From Chloroflexota bacterium (GTDB taxonomy: Bacteria > Chloroflexota > Dehalococcoidia > SHYB01), in contig JACZVV010000001.1 of NCBI GenBank assembly GCA_022572465.1, forward strand, positions 2,749 through 66,748: a stretch of 64,000 nucleotides of DNA, read 5' to 3'. The stretch's first letter is position 1. Each line of letters opens with the position of its first letter. Both the position numbers and the translations under genes were made by a program. The notes below the pieces were generated by a model. It saw only the letters and a program-made list of their open reading frames with translations, searched no databases and had not been told where the DNA came from. This document shows, piece after piece, positions 9,337-20,175 of the stretch.

Positions 9337-10807
9337 GATGCATCGCGTGGGTCCCGCACACCTGTAGCCAGGCACGGCCATCCTGGGCCAGCAGCGCGTC
9401 CGCCCGGTCCGGCCCCCACGAGCCCGGTTCGTACCGCTGCAGCGGCGACTTCTCCCCTTCGGCGTCGTCCAGCAGCGGCTCCACCACCCGCCACGACTCC
9501 TCGATCTGATCGGCGCGGATGAACAGGGCCGCGTCCCCCTCCAGCGCGTCCTGCAGCAGCCGCTCGTACGCCTCGGGCAACACGTCCCCCTCGAACTCCG
9601 TGCCGTAGTGAAACGCCATGTCCGCCGACCGCGTGCTCATTCCCTGGTCTGGCACCTTGACCTCGAACCGCAAGTGGGCCCCCTCGTCCGGCTGGATGCA
9701 CAGGGCCAGGGCATTCGGCGCGGGCGCTTCCGATGGGTCCGTCGCGAACATCAGGTGGGGCGGGCGCTGGAACTGGACGACCACCTCCGAGACCTTGCGG
9801 CCCAAGGCCTTGCCGGTCCGCAGGTAGAAGGGCACGCCGTGCCAGCGCCAGTTGTCGATGTACAGCCGCAGCGCGATGTAGGTCGCCGTCTGCGACTCCG
9901 GCGCCACTCCTTTCTCGTCCAGGTACCCGTGGTACTGCCCTCGCACCGCATGCTGCCGCGCTCCTCCCGCTCCCCACGGGCGGATCGCCTTCAGTACATC
10001 GACTTTCTTGCTGCGCAGCGACTCCGCGTCCGCCGCGCTCGGCGGCTCCATCGCCACCATCGTCAGCAGCTGCAGCAGGTGATTTTGCACCATGTCCCGC
10101 ACCACGCCCGAATGGTCGTAGTAGGCGCCGCGATCGCCGACCGGCACCTCCTCCGCGACGGTGATCTGGACGTTGTCCACATAGTTGCGGTTCCAGAGCG
10201 GTTCGAAGATGGCGTTGGCGAAGCGGAAGACCAGCAGATTCTGGACCGTCTCCTTGCCAAGGTAGTGGTCGATGCGAAAGACCTGATGCTCTTTGAAGAA
10301 GTTGCCGACCGTCTCATTCAGGTCGCGGGCGGAAGGGAGGTCTCGGCCAAAGGGTTTCTCGATGACGATTCGCCGCCAGCCGGTGTCTTCGTTGGCCAGG
10401 CCCATCGCCCCCAGGTTCAGCACCGCTGGCTTGTAGAGGTGTGGTGCAATAGAGAGGTGAAACAGGCGGTTGGCCGGTTTGCGGCCTCCCTCCAGCTCCT
10501 CGATCCGCTCCCGGAGCCCCAGCACCTGCTCCGCGTTGTCCACCGCGCCGATGACGTAGTGCAGCCGCTTGGCGAACTCATCCCACTGGCTGCGGTCGAT
10601 GGTCATGCCGCCCTCTTCGCGCACCCCGTTCCACATGTAGTCGCGAAAGGCCGCGTCCGAGTATTTGGAGCGTGAGAAGCCGATGAAACGGACGTCTTCC
10701 GGCAGCCGTCCCTTGAAGTTCAGGTTGAACAGCGCCGGAAACAGCTTGCGTTTAGAGAGGTCTCCGGTCGCGCCGGTGATGACGATCGTGGTGGTGCCTG
10801 CCGGCAT
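9329..10807 (-). CDS. zwf: Glucose-6-phosphate 1-dehydrogenase
   Basis: [17 protein letters not shown]-binding site, RIDHYLGKE active site, EKPFGRD. ATG at 10807..10805 overlaps the TGA of the upstream gene (ATGA). Confidence 0.9.
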   Translation of the reverse strand: MPAGTTTIVITGATGDLSKRKLFPALFNLNFKGRLPEDVRFIGFSRSKYSDAAFRDYMWNGVREEGGMTIDRSQWDEFAKRLHYVIGAVDNAEQVLGLRERIEELEGGRKPANRLFHLSIAPHLYKPAVLNLGAMGLANEDTGWRRIVIEKPFGRDLPSARDLNETVGNFFKEHQVFRIDHYLGKETVQNLLVFRFANAIFEPLWNRNYVDNVQITVAEEVPVGDRGAYYDHSGVVRDMVQNHLLQLLTMVAMEPPSAADAESLRSKKVDVLKAIRPWGAGGARQHAVRGQYHGYLDEKGVAPESQTATYIALRLYIDNWRWHGVPFYLRTGKALGRKVSEVVVQFQRPPHLMFATDPSEAPAPNALALCIQPDEGAHLRFEVKVPDQGMSTRSADMAFHYGTEFEGDVLPEAYERLLQDALEGDAALFIRADQIEESWRVVEPLLDDAEGEKSPLQRYEPGSWGPDRADALLAQDGRAWLQVCGTHAMHHV

Positions 10808-11715
10808 CACTTCGCCTTTCGAACGGCGTGGCCGCCGAATTGCTGGCGCATGGCCGCCAGCAACCTGTCGGCGAACGACGACTCCTGGCGGGACCTGAAC
10901 CGCTGCTGGAGGGCCAGGGTTATGACCGGCGCCGGAACGCCCAGGTCCACCGATTCCTTGACCGTCCACCGGCCTTCGCCCGAGTCCTCCACGTAGGCCT
11001 GGAGCGCTTCCAAGCGCGGGTCCTCGGCCAGCGCGTCGGCGGTGCGGTCGAGCAGCCACGAGCGGATGACGCTTCCGAAGCGCCAGACCTGGGCGATGCC
11101 CGCCAGGTCCAGATCGAACTCTTCCTTCGCCTGCAGGAGCTGAAACCCTTCGGCATAGGCCTGCATGAGGCCATACTCGACGCCGTTGTGCACCATCTTG
11201 ACGAAGTGCCCCGCGCCCGACGGGCCCACGTGGGCGTATCCTTTGTCGACGCCGGGCGCGAGGGTCTGGAAGATCGGCTCCAGCCGGTCGAACGTGGCGC
11301 GGTCGCCGCCGACCATGAGGCTGTACCCGCCTTTGAGCCCCCAGATGCCGCCGCTGGTGCCGGCGTCCAGGTAGGCGATGCCCTTCGCTTGCAGCGCCGC
11401 CGATCGCCGCATCGTGTCTTTGTAGTTGGAGTTCCCGCCGTCGATGATCGCGTCTCCCGGGGAGAGCGCCTCGCCAACGGCGGCGACGGTCTGCTCGGTG
11501 GCCTCACCGGAGGGCACCATGCTCCAGACGGCTCGCGGCGCGTCGAGCTTCGCGGCGAGATCGGCGATCGACGAGGCCCCGGCCGCTCCCTTGGACACCA
11601 GGGCTTGGACCGCCGTGGCGTTGAAATCGTAGGCGACCACCTGGTGGCCGCCTTGCAGCAGACGTTCCGTCATGTTGCCGCCCATGCGGCCCAGACCGAT
11701 CATGCCAAGCTGCAT
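10807..11715 (-). CDS. gnd: 6-phosphogluconate dehydrogenase, short (about 300 aa) decarboxylating type
   Basis: [15 protein letters not shown] Rossmann N-terminus, [16 protein letters not shown]. Confidence 0.85.
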   Translation of the reverse strand: MQLGMIGLGRMGGNMTERLLQGGHQVVAYDFNATAVQALVSKGAAGASSIADLAAKLDAPRAVWSMVPSGEATEQTVAAVGEALSPGDAIIDGGNSNYKDTMRRSAALQAKGIAYLDAGTSGGIWGLKGGYSLMVGGDRATFDRLEPIFQTLAPGVDKGYAHVGPSGAGHFVKMVHNGVEYGLMQAYAEGFQLLQAKEEFDLDLAGIAQVWRFGSVIRSWLLDRTADALAEDPRLEALQAYVEDSGEGRWTVKESVDLGVPAPVITLALQQRFRSRQESSFADRLLAAMRQQFGGHAVRKAK

Positions 11716-11784
11716 GCGGGTCTCCTTTCGGGTGCGCTGGGAGGTGGCGCGGGTCCGATACTTCCCATCAAAGGCGTCACGGCG

Positions 11785-14514
11785 CTATTCGATGGCCATG
11801 GATGCCAGGCCGGTCTCGACGTCGCCCTTGAGCGTCACGCGCGCCACGCGCCGGCCCAACGCTTCGAGCGCGTTCAGATCGCCCAGGGCCTGGGCCGCTG
11901 CCAGGACGCCAAAGCTGTACGTTTCGCCGGGCACCGGCAGGTCGTGGGCGTCGTCGGCGACGATCTGGACGTACAGACCCGTGGGCGGCCCGCCCTTGTG
12001 GAGCTGGCCCGTGGAGTGCAAGAAACGCGGGCCAAACCCCAACGTGGTGGCGATGCCGTGGCGCTGCATGACGGCCCGCCGCAGGTCCGTGAGTCGCGCG
12101 ACGACCGCCGGCGTCTCTTGAACATAGGCCATGATGGCCAGATAATCGCCCGGCCTGGCGCCGGATAGCAGCTCCCGCAGCGAACCCGTCGCGCTGACAT
12201 CCGGTAAGCGGCCTTCCTTCTCGTAGGATGCCAGCACCTGGGCCGTCAGGTCCTTGGCTTGCTGGACGTTCGGCTGATCGAACGGCTGGATGCCGAGGAT
12301 GGCGCCGGCGACGGCGGTGGCGAACTCCCACCGGAAAAACTCACCACCGAGGTCGTACCGGTCCTTCAAAGCCAAGCGTGCCACCGGATGGCCCGACGAC
12401 TCAAGGCGTTCAATGGCCTGGTCCAGCTGCGCGTTGTCGTCGCCGTCCAACCGAAGGTAGACGAAGAAGCGGTCGTTCCCATAGGCGGCGGGCTCCAGCA
12501 ACGGCTCGCCCGCCACCGGCACGACGCCCTTGCCTTCCTTGCCGGTGCTCTCGGCGACGAGCTGCTCCACCCACAGGCCGAAGCCGGCGATCGCGGGGGA
12601 GGTCACCAGGGTCAGCTTGTCGCGCCCGTTCTGGGCCAGCGTGCCCATGGCGGCGCCTAGCCACGCAGCGGGATTCGCCTCGCCTTGCTCGTGGGCGGCG
12701 TCCCGAGCGCCGTCGGCCCGTTGCAGCAGCATGGCAACGTCCAGGCCCATGAGGGCGGCCGGCGTCAGGCCAAAATACGAGAGGACCGAGTACCGTCCAC
12801 CAACGTCGGAGGGGTTGAGGAACGATCGACGAAAGCCCCGGTCTGCCGCCAGCCGCTCCAGCGGCGTTCCGGCGTCGGTGATGGCGACGAAATGGCGGCC
12901 GGCGCTGTCCGCTCCGACGGTCTCTTCCACCAGTCGGCGGAAATGCTTGTAGAGGCTCATGACCTCGATCGTGGAGCCCGACTTGGACGACACCAGGAAC
13001 AGGGTGCGGGCCGGGTCGATGGCATCGGTGACGTGGCGGACCGCCGCCGGGATGGTGGAGTCCAGGACGATGAGCTCGGGGTAGCCTTCGGCGCTGCCGA
13101 AGGTCTGACGGAGGACCTCCGGGCCCAGGCTGCTGCCGCCCATGCCCAGGAGCACGACGTGACGGATGCCCTCGTCTCGGACCTCTTGCGCGAACGACTC
13201 CAGCGACGAGACCTGCTTGGACATGCGCTCGGTGACCTGGAGCCAGCCGAGCCGGTCGGCGATCTCGGCCGGGTCTTGTTTCCAGACGGTGTGGTCCCGA
13301 TCCCAGATGCGGGGTACGGTCCGGTCGCCGGCCATCCGCCGCAGCGTGGCCTCGACGTCCGTCTTCAGGTCGCCCAGACCGTCCAGCGGCGAGGCCGCGG
13401 AATGGGCGCGCAGCCGCTCCCGCTTCTCGGCGATGTTGCGAATGAGGGAGTCGAAGGAATCGGCGAAGGACTTGACCCCTTCGTCCAGAAGCTGCTGCGT
13501 CACCCGCTCCATGCTGACGCCCGCCTGGTCGATCGCCGCCAGCGCAGCCTCGGCTTCCGCGACGTGGCCGGCCAGAGTCGGCCTGACGACGCCCGACTCG
13601 GCGTAGGCGGTGAGGGTAGCGGGTGGCAGCGTGTTGACCGTGTTCGGGCCGATGAGCGACTCAACGTACATCAGCTCGTCGTAGGCCGGGTTCTTGGTGC
13701 TGGTGCTGGCCCATAAAGGCCGTTGGGGCTTGGCGCCCTTCTCTCGCAACTCCGCGAACCTCGGGCCCTCGAACAGCTCCTGAAACATGTGGTAAGCCAT
13801 GCGAGCGTTGGCGATGGCGGCCTTGCCCTGGACAAGCGCCGCGTCGCTGTTGCCCGCGTCCACACGCTCCTGGAGCAGCTTGTCCGTCAGTGTATCCACC
13901 CGGCTCAAGAAAAAGGAGGCCACCGCGCCGACCTTCCCCACGTCGCCCCCTTGCTCGGCCAGCTCCTCCAGCCCCTCCACATACGCCTCCGCCACCTGCC
14001 GGTACGCCTCCAGCGAAAAAATCAGGGTGGTGTTGATATTGATGCCCTTGCTGATGAGCCGGCGCACCGCCGGGATGCCCTGGGGCGTTCCAGGCACCTT
14101 GATCATCACGTTGGGCCGCTCCAGCGCCGCGAACAGTCGCAGCGCCTCTTCCACCGTCTCCTCGGTCTCATACGCCAGGTTGGGGCTGACCTCCAGAGAG
14201 GCGTAGCCGTCGGCGCCGCCGGTCTCGTCGTAGATCGGACGCAGCAGGTCCGCCGCCCGTTGGATGTCGCCGATGACCAGCGCCTCGTACGTCTCGACAA
14301 CGTCTTTACCGGCGCGGGTAAGCTCGATCAGCGCCTCGTCGTAATCGGCGCTTCCGGCGATGGCCTTCTCGAAGATCGTGGGGTTCGACGTCAAGCCGGT
14401 GACGCCGTCGTCGATGAGCCGCGCTAGCTCTCCCGAGACCAGCAGCCCTCGACGCATGTTGTCGTACCAGATCGACTGGCCCAGCTTGCGGGTCTCTTGA
14501 AGCGCATGAGTCAT
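11785..14514 (-). CDS. Bifunctional transaldolase / glucose-6-phosphate isomerase fusion
   Basis: 909 aa. The N-terminal 360 aa are transaldolase (TSNPTIF, VMIKVPGT). The C-terminus is PGI (LGMGGSSLGPEV, SKSGSTIE). Confidence 0.85.
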   Translation of the reverse strand: MTHALQETRKLGQSIWYDNMRRGLLVSGELARLIDDGVTGLTSNPTIFEKAIAGSADYDEALIELTRAGKDVVETYEALVIGDIQRAADLLRPIYDETGGADGYASLEVSPNLAYETEETVEEALRLFAALERPNVMIKVPGTPQGIPAVRRLISKGININTTLIFSLEAYRQVAEAYVEGLEELAEQGGDVGKVGAVASFFLSRVDTLTDKLLQERVDAGNSDAALVQGKAAIANARMAYHMFQELFEGPRFAELREKGAKPQRPLWASTSTKNPAYDELMYVESLIGPNTVNTLPPATLTAYAESGVVRPTLAGHVAEAEAALAAIDQAGVSMERVTQQLLDEGVKSFADSFDSLIRNIAEKRERLRAHSAASPLDGLGDLKTDVEATLRRMAGDRTVPRIWDRDHTVWKQDPAEIADRLGWLQVTERMSKQVSSLESFAQEVRDEGIRHVVLLGMGGSSLGPEVLRQTFGSAEGYPELIVLDSTIPAAVRHVTDAIDPARTLFLVSSKSGSTIEVMSLYKHFRRLVEETVGADSAGRHFVAITDAGTPLERLAADRGFRRSFLNPSDVGGRYSVLSYFGLTPAALMGLDVAMLLQRADGARDAAHEQGEANPAAWLGAAMGTLAQNGRDKLTLVTSPAIAGFGLWVEQLVAESTGKEGKGVVPVAGEPLLEPAAYGNDRFFVYLRLDGDDNAQLDQAIERLESSGHPVARLALKDRYDLGGEFFRWEFATAVAGAILGIQPFDQPNVQQAKDLTAQVLASYEKEGRLPDVSATGSLRELLSGARPGDYLAIMAYVQETPAVVARLTDLRRAVMQRHGIATTLGFGPRFLHSTGQLHKGGPPTGLYVQIVADDAHDLPVPGETYSFGVLAAAQALGDLNALEALGRRVARVTLKGDVETGLASMAIE

Positions 14515-14518
14515 GGTC

Positions 14519-16546
14519 TCATCCTCTCGACGCCGCGATCTTTTCCACCACGCGCTCGGCCTTCTGAGCTACGTGCTCGGCGGTGATGCCGAGGTGCTGG
14601 TAAATCTCCTTGTACGGGGCGGACGCGCCGAACCGGTCGATCCCAATGGCCACGCCGTCGAGGCCGACGTAGCGGTCCCACCCCATCGGCGATGCCGCTT
14701 CCAGCGACACTCGCGCCCGCACGTCCAGCGGCAAGACCTGCTCCCGATAGTTGTCACTTTGCGCTTCGAATAGCTCCCAGGATGGCATCGAGACCACGCG
14801 AGCGACGATGCCCTTGCCCTGGAGCGAACGCCCTGCTTCCAGGACGGCGTGCACTTCCGACCCCGTGGCCATGAGCAGCACGTCGGGCTTGGGACCCGCC
14901 TCCCAGAGGACGTACGCTCCACGGTGTACGCCTGCCGCCGTCGCCAGCTCTCCGCGGTCGAGAACGGGCAGGGCCTGGCGGCTGAGAGCCAGGACTGTCG
15001 GCCCGTGACGCCGCTCCATCGCGATCTTCCAGGCCTCGACGGTCTCGGTGGCGTCGGCGGGGCGCAGCACCACGAGGTTGGGAATGGCACGGAGGCCGGC
15101 CAACTGCTCGATGGGCTGATGGGTCGGGCCATCCTCGCCAAGACCGATGGAGTCGTGGGTGAAGATGTAGATGACCCTCTGCCTCATCAGGGCGCCCATG
15201 CGAATGGCCGGTCGCATGTAGTCGGAGAAGATGAGGAACGTGGCGGTGTAGGGAATCGTGCCACCGTGCAGGGCCATGCCGTTGGCGATGGCCCCCATGG
15301 CGTGCTCCCGCACCCCGAAGTGCATATTGTGGTCGTTATAGTCTTCGAACCCGTAGTGGCCGTGGTCCTTCAGGGTGGTCTTGGTGGATGGCGCCAGGTC
15401 GGCGGACCCGCCCGTGAACGGATGCACCGTGTGGACGATGGCGTTCATGACTCGTCCCGAGGCGTCCCGGGTGGCGATCGCCTTGTCGCTTTTGGCGAAC
15501 ATCCCGTCGAGCTCGCGGTCCCACCCCTCGGGCAACTCGCCTCGAAGGTCCAGTTCAAGCTGTGTGGCCTCGGCGGGATAGGCCTTCCGGTAGGCCTCCA
15601 GGCGGCGCTCCCAATCGGCCTGAGCCTCGCGCCCGCGCTCCAGCGCCTTCCGGAAGTGGGCCAGGGCTTCGTGAGGAATGGTGAACGGCTCCTCGGTGGG
15701 CCAGCCCAACCGCTCCTTGGTCAACCGGACCTCCTCTTCGCCCAGAGCCTCGCCGTGGGCGGCCGCCGTGCCTTGCTTGTTGGGGCTGCCGTAGCCGATG
15801 ATGGTGCGGCAGATGATCAGCGACGGCCGCACCGTTTCCAGTTGCGCCATACGGATCGACAGGTCGACCGACGGCAGGTCCATGCCGTCGATGGGGCCGA
15901 TCACGTGCCAGCCGTAGGCCTGAAAGCGCTGGTCGACGTTCTCGGCGAAGGCGATGTTGGTGTTGCCTTCGATGGAGATATCGTTGTCGTCGTACAGGTA
16001 GATCAGCTTGTCCAGCTTCAGCGTGCCCGCCAGAGAGGCCGCTTCCGAGGCCACGCCCTCCTGGAGGTCCCCATCGGACACGATGGCGTAGGTGTGGTGG
16101 TTGAACAGCTCGTGTCCCGGCCGGTTGTAGTGGTCCGCCAGCCACCGCTCGCCGATGGCCATGCCAACGCCGCTGGCGAAGCCCTGGCCCAGGGGGCCCG
16201 TGGTCATCTCCACGCCGGGCGTCTCCCCCAGCTCAGGGTGGCCCGGCGCCTTGCTCTGCCACTGCCGGAACTGCTGAATCTGCTCCAGGGGTAGGTCGTA
16301 GCCGGTGAGGTGGAGCAAGGAGTAGAGCAGAAGCGACGCATGCCCCGGCGACAGAATAAAACGGTCCCGGTCTGGCCACTGAGGGTCCTTCGGGTTGTAT
16401 CTCAGGAAGCGGTCCCAGAGCACGTAGGCCATGGGCGCCGCCCCCATGGGCGTTCCCGGGTGGCCTGAGTTGGCCTTCTCCACGGCGTCGACGGCGAGGA
16501 ACCGCATCGTGTTGACGCAGAGGGCGTCCAGTTCGGCCTCGCTCAT
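14519..16546 (-). CDS. tkt: Transketolase
   Basis: 675 aa; [16 protein letters not shown] (TPP binding), GEDGPTHQP motif. Confidence 0.9.
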   Translation of the reverse strand: MSEAELDALCVNTMRFLAVDAVEKANSGHPGTPMGAAPMAYVLWDRFLRYNPKDPQWPDRDRFILSPGHASLLLYSLLHLTGYDLPLEQIQQFRQWQSKAPGHPELGETPGVEMTTGPLGQGFASGVGMAIGERWLADHYNRPGHELFNHHTYAIVSDGDLQEGVASEAASLAGTLKLDKLIYLYDDNDISIEGNTNIAFAENVDQRFQAYGWHVIGPIDGMDLPSVDLSIRMAQLETVRPSLIICRTIIGYGSPNKQGTAAAHGEALGEEEVRLTKERLGWPTEEPFTIPHEALAHFRKALERGREAQADWERRLEAYRKAYPAEATQLELDLRGELPEGWDRELDGMFAKSDKAIATRDASGRVMNAIVHTVHPFTGGSADLAPSTKTTLKDHGHYGFEDYNDHNMHFGVREHAMGAIANGMALHGGTIPYTATFLIFSDYMRPAIRMGALMRQRVIYIFTHDSIGLGEDGPTHQPIEQLAGLRAIPNLVVLRPADATETVEAWKIAMERRHGPTVLALSRQALPVLDRGELATAAGVHRGAYVLWEAGPKPDVLLMATGSEVHAVLEAGRSLQGKGIVARVVSMPSWELFEAQSDNYREQVLPLDVRARVSLEAASPMGWDRYVGLDGVAIGIDRFGASAPYKEIYQHLGITAEHVAQKAERVVEKIAASRG

Positions 16547-16693
16547 TTTTCATCCCCCGGCTGAACATGGCGACGCATCGGGGTCTCGCACGGCGTGCGC
16601 TCGAAGCCATACTACATCAATTAAATGGCCGGGTCATCGGTGAAGATACCGAATATCCATCCGATCCCGCCCCGGCGCGAGCTCTCCCAACTG

Positions 16694-16749
16694 CGGCGGC
16701 TGAGCCGCAGCAGTATTTCCGGACCAAAAATGCTGCGGCTCAGCCGCCG
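16694..16749. terminator. Long perfect hairpin (19-bp stem, 18-nt loop) between the LLM gene 3' end and the tkt promoter region
   Basis: GCGGCTGAGCCGCAGCA ... TGCTGCGGCTCAGCCGC inverted repeat. No clear U-tract, so it could equally be a REP-like element. Confidence 0.35.
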
Positions 16750-16799
16750 GAGGAGCGGAGCGACGAAGAAGGACACCTTTGAAAACTTTGTTGACCGAG

Positions 16800-17732
16800 C
16801 TAGTAAGGCGGCCCGGGACCGATCTTCTTGGCCTTGGGCATCACCTCTATGGCGAACCGCTCCATGTTCTCCATGTACTCGGAGTAGGTCGTGCCTTCGA
16901 AGCCAACTCCGCCGAAGGTGATGCCGGCTTCGGCGAGCTCCTCGATGTCCAAGAGGATCTGGTCCGCCGAGCCGTGGAATCTTGGCCGGTCATTGTCGGT
17001 GATCGGCCTGTCCTGGACTTTTGTCTGGCCGCCGAACAAGACCTGAAAATTCTCGGGCCGCTCCCTGGTGTCTTTTTGGTTCCAATAATTGTCGAGGTAG
17101 CTCAGCGCCTGCTTCATGCCGTCCAGGTCGAACATGAACGGGTTCCATCCGTCGCCGTGCTTGGCTGCCCGGTAGAGCGATAGCTTGGTCTGACCGCCGA
17201 TCCACACCGGCGGATGGGGTTTCCGTACCGGCTTGGGCCAGAAGCGCATCTCGGAGAACGAAACGAACTTGCCTTCATAGGAGGCCTCATCCTGGGTCCA
17301 AAGGACTTTGATCGCCTCGATATACTCGTCGGTCACCTCGCCGCGGGTCTCCCAATCGATGCCAAGCTGATGGAACTCAGGCTCGAGCCAGCCCACGCCG
17401 GTGCCGAAGATCGCTTTGCCTCCGGTGACGACGTCGAGGGTCGCCACTTGTTTGGCCGTGTGAAAAGGGCTCCGATACGGCAAGACCAGAACGTTGATGA
17501 CCGGCCACATCTTCGTCTCGGTGGCCAGCCACGCGAGGAAGGTCGTCGGATCGAACCAGCAAGGCGTCGGGATCTGGTCGTGCTGTTTCGAAATGGCCAG
17601 ATGGTCGCCGACGTGGAAGGCCCAGTATCCCAGTTCGGCTGCTTTTCTCGCGAAATCCATGATCCATTCCGGCCCGGTGTATTCGGGCCAGCTGCGAATG
17701 ATTCGGTGAGGATATCCGACTTGAAACTCCAT
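16800..17732 (-). CDS. Luciferase-like monooxygenase family oxidoreductase (probably F420-dependent)
   Basis: 310 aa TIM-barrel LLM fold signatures (WAFHVGDHL, GGKAIFGTGVGW). Confidence 0.8.
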   Translation of the reverse strand: MEFQVGYPHRIIRSWPEYTGPEWIMDFARKAAELGYWAFHVGDHLAISKQHDQIPTPCWFDPTTFLAWLATETKMWPVINVLVLPYRSPFHTAKQVATLDVVTGGKAIFGTGVGWLEPEFHQLGIDWETRGEVTDEYIEAIKVLWTQDEASYEGKFVSFSEMRFWPKPVRKPHPPVWIGGQTKLSLYRAAKHGDGWNPFMFDLDGMKQALSYLDNYWNQKDTRERPENFQVLFGGQTKVQDRPITDNDRPRFHGSADQILLDIEELAEAGITFGGVGFEGTTYSEYMENMERFAIEVMPKAKKIGPGPPY

Positions 17733-17944
17733 TGTGTGGGTGGCCCCCTATCGAGATTCGATGGATTGTACCACGGGCGGTCGCTTCAATTCGTCGGGCC
17801 AAAGAGTCGTCGGGCCAAAGGGTCGTCGGGCCCAAGGGTTGCCGACACCGACGGCGTCACCGGCGCCAGCCCTTTCGGACGCGGATGGCGTGAGGCGACA
17901 GCTCGTCCGGCGGGTACGCCGGGAACGGCTCCAACGAATCGGCG

Positions 17945-19075
17945 TCAAGAAGTGGTTGGGATGTCCGAAGGCTCGTACAGGGGCCGGCTGCCGCGGGAAC
18001 GCATCAGCTTGAAAAACCGCTCGCCGCCCATGCTTCCCGGCTCTTCCAGATCGCCGAACTGCCGGAGGATGCTGATGCTCTCGGGCCGTTTTTCCACGGC
18101 TCGTTCCAAGGCCCATTTCGCCTGGGGCACGCGACCTTGTGTATGGAGGTAGTACCCGAGGTGGAAGTACGCGGTCGCTTCGGCGTGCTCGTCCGTGGGC
18201 AGCCGCATCCGAGCGAGCACCTGTTCTTCGGACAGGGCGTACCGGCTGGCGTCGCCCTTCTCCACCCAATCACGCACGGCGTCGCAGTAGCCCTGCCGTG
18301 CCGTCCGGAGCGCCGCCTTGGACGCTTCCGTCAGTTTCCCCGAGGCGCCTTCCCGTCCGCCCTGTATGACGTCGATCATCGCCTTCACGACGCCATCGCT
18401 CATGCCGGCCGACTCCGGCGGACGGACGATGCGCCCTGCCTCGTTGATCCACACCGCCGAGGGCACGTTGATGATGTCGTAGAGCTCGGCGAGGCGATGG
18501 GTCCGGTCTATCAGACAGAGGTAGGAGGGATCGGCGGCGTCGATCCACGGGGCCGCCGCCTCGTTACCCCGGCTGTCCAGCGCCACCGCGATGACGGTCA
18601 AGCCTTTGGAAGAAAGCTCGTCGTGGAGGGCCTGCCAGACCGACAGGTCATACCGGCAGCCTCACCAGGAGGCCCAGGCGGTGAGGAACACCTTTCTCCC
18701 CGCGTAGTCGGAGAGGCTGTGGAGCTTTCCCTCGCGATCCGGAAGCTGAAAGTCAGGGGCCTGGAGCGAGGTGAGAGCGTCCCGGCGCTCGCTGCTCCCT
18801 TCGCCGAAGAGCCACGTCTCGCGGGCCTCGTCGTGGACGACGGGCTTTCCAAGGTGACGCCACAGGTTGGTGAGATTGAAGGCGCCGGAACGCACAAAGG
18901 AATCCTCCCGGCCGGGTGGTATCGGCACGCAATCGTCGCCCAGACAAAACCCCTCCGGCTTCAGAGTCCATCCACTGGCCCGATCGAGGTCGGACGCCGG
19001 GAGCCAGAGGTCCTCCCCGGCGACGGTCGCGCCCCCAATGTCGTTGATTCGCTCTTCACAAATAATGGTGGTCAT
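17945..19075 (-). CDS. TlpA/ResA-like thioredoxin-fold thiol-disulfide oxidoreductase with in-frame TGA at the catalytic-Cys position (candidate selenoprotein, otherwise a pseudogene); C-terminal TPR-like extension
   Basis: Track ORFs 18662..19075 and 17945..18601 are in the same frame, separated only by a TGA. Protein reads ...FQLPDREGKLHSLSDYAGRKVFLTAWASW-[TGA]-GCRYDLSVW..., i.e. the WCxxC redox motif with TGA in place of the first Cys. A stem-loop starts 1 nt after the TGA. Confidence 0.5.
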
Positions 19076-19375
19076 GTCCGCCTCATTTCGCTATGGGGAA
19101 TCGTTGGTTGGACACGGCAAGGAAAAGGAGGGGCCGGCAGGCGGCGGCCCAACTTCGGCATCCGCCGGCGCTCCCGTCGTGAGAGGCCCATCGCGCCATC
19201 GTCCGGCCAGCCGGGAATCTGTTGCCGGGTCACCGGTCAGCCTCCTGGGGACGTTTGCGAGTTGCCGCGCATTATACCACGCAAGCTCGCCATTCTAACG
19301 CCAGCGTGTCGCAACGCCGGCCCGCCGGCGCAAGGAGCGAGATTCAGGCCCCTTGTTCCGTCGGCCGTCGAGGCG

Positions 19376-19933
19376 TCACTCGAGCTCTTGCGCCTGGAGC
19401 TCGATGAGCTGCCCCAACATGAACAGGCCCGCGGCGACGACATCGGTGGTCACGAAGGCTTGAATCAGCCGCTCGCTTCTCGCGCCGGCGTCCTGGGGCC
19501 TGAAGACGGCGGAGACGCTCAAGCGGCCCGCCAGCCGCGGGTCCAGGTCCCGTCCCATTCGCTCCAACGCCTCTTCGAGGCGAGCGAACGATGGGTAGCG
19601 TATGCCGAAGTGGGTGATGCCGTGAGGGTGATTGCGGAGCTTGTCGTCGTAGGTCGCGAACGCGGTCGCGAGGGATGGCCTGTCCGTTCGCGCCGCGCGG
19701 AGCTCCTGCTCCAGCTGCCACTGCTCCGGCGACACCTCGGAGGAGTACAGCACGTTGTTGACCGGGTCGTTCTGGTCCGGCGCCACGTGGACGACCATGG
19801 TTTCCCCGTCGGTCTGCGAGACGCGGCATCCCAGCGCCTCATACACCTTGATCGCCAGGCTCCGCTCGCCCGGCTGGTACAACATCTCGACGTGATTCAG
19901 CATCCGCCCCTTGTAGTCGACCAGCTGACCCAT
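19376..19933 (-). CDS. VOC (glyoxalase/bleomycin-resistance/dioxygenase) family protein
   Basis: Start at internal ATG (MGQLVDYKGRMLNHVEMLY); the upstream part of the track ORF is Arg-rich shadow. Confidence 0.55.
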   Translation of the reverse strand: MGQLVDYKGRMLNHVEMLYQPGERSLAIKVYEALGCRVSQTDGETMVVHVAPDQNDPVNNVLYSSEVSPEQWQLEQELRAARTDRPSLATAFATYDDKLRNHPHGITHFGIRYPSFARLEEALERMGRDLDPRLAGRLSVSAVFRPQDAGARSERLIQAFVTTDVVAAGLFMLGQLIELQAQELE

Positions 19934-20175
19934 TCGATCGCTCCTTCCATCGCGGGACCGCGGTTTGGATGTGAGGCAGTCTATCGCCGGGCCGTTGGAA
20001 AGGCAACAGGCGAATGCGCCACGATCCAAGCCATGACCGAAGCGGTGCCGGTCCGGGCTTCCATCGCCCCGTGTTGCGTGGAGGACTATACTGGACGCGC
20101 CCAACGCGAATTGTGGCGCGGCTCGACGTAGCCGGATGGTTGGACGACGGCCGCGCGCCATGGAGGAGGAGAACG

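Noticed and set aside
9608-16294. Long antisense ORFs (for example 9608..10675, 10828..12168, 12685..13716, 14849..16294), and likewise 3541..4677, 5326..6810, 6776..7561 and 18137..20131
   Set aside because: They run opposite to well-supported conserved genes (zwf, gnd, tal-pgi, tkt and others) and are Arg/Pro/Gly-rich. These are typical high-GC shadow ORFs.
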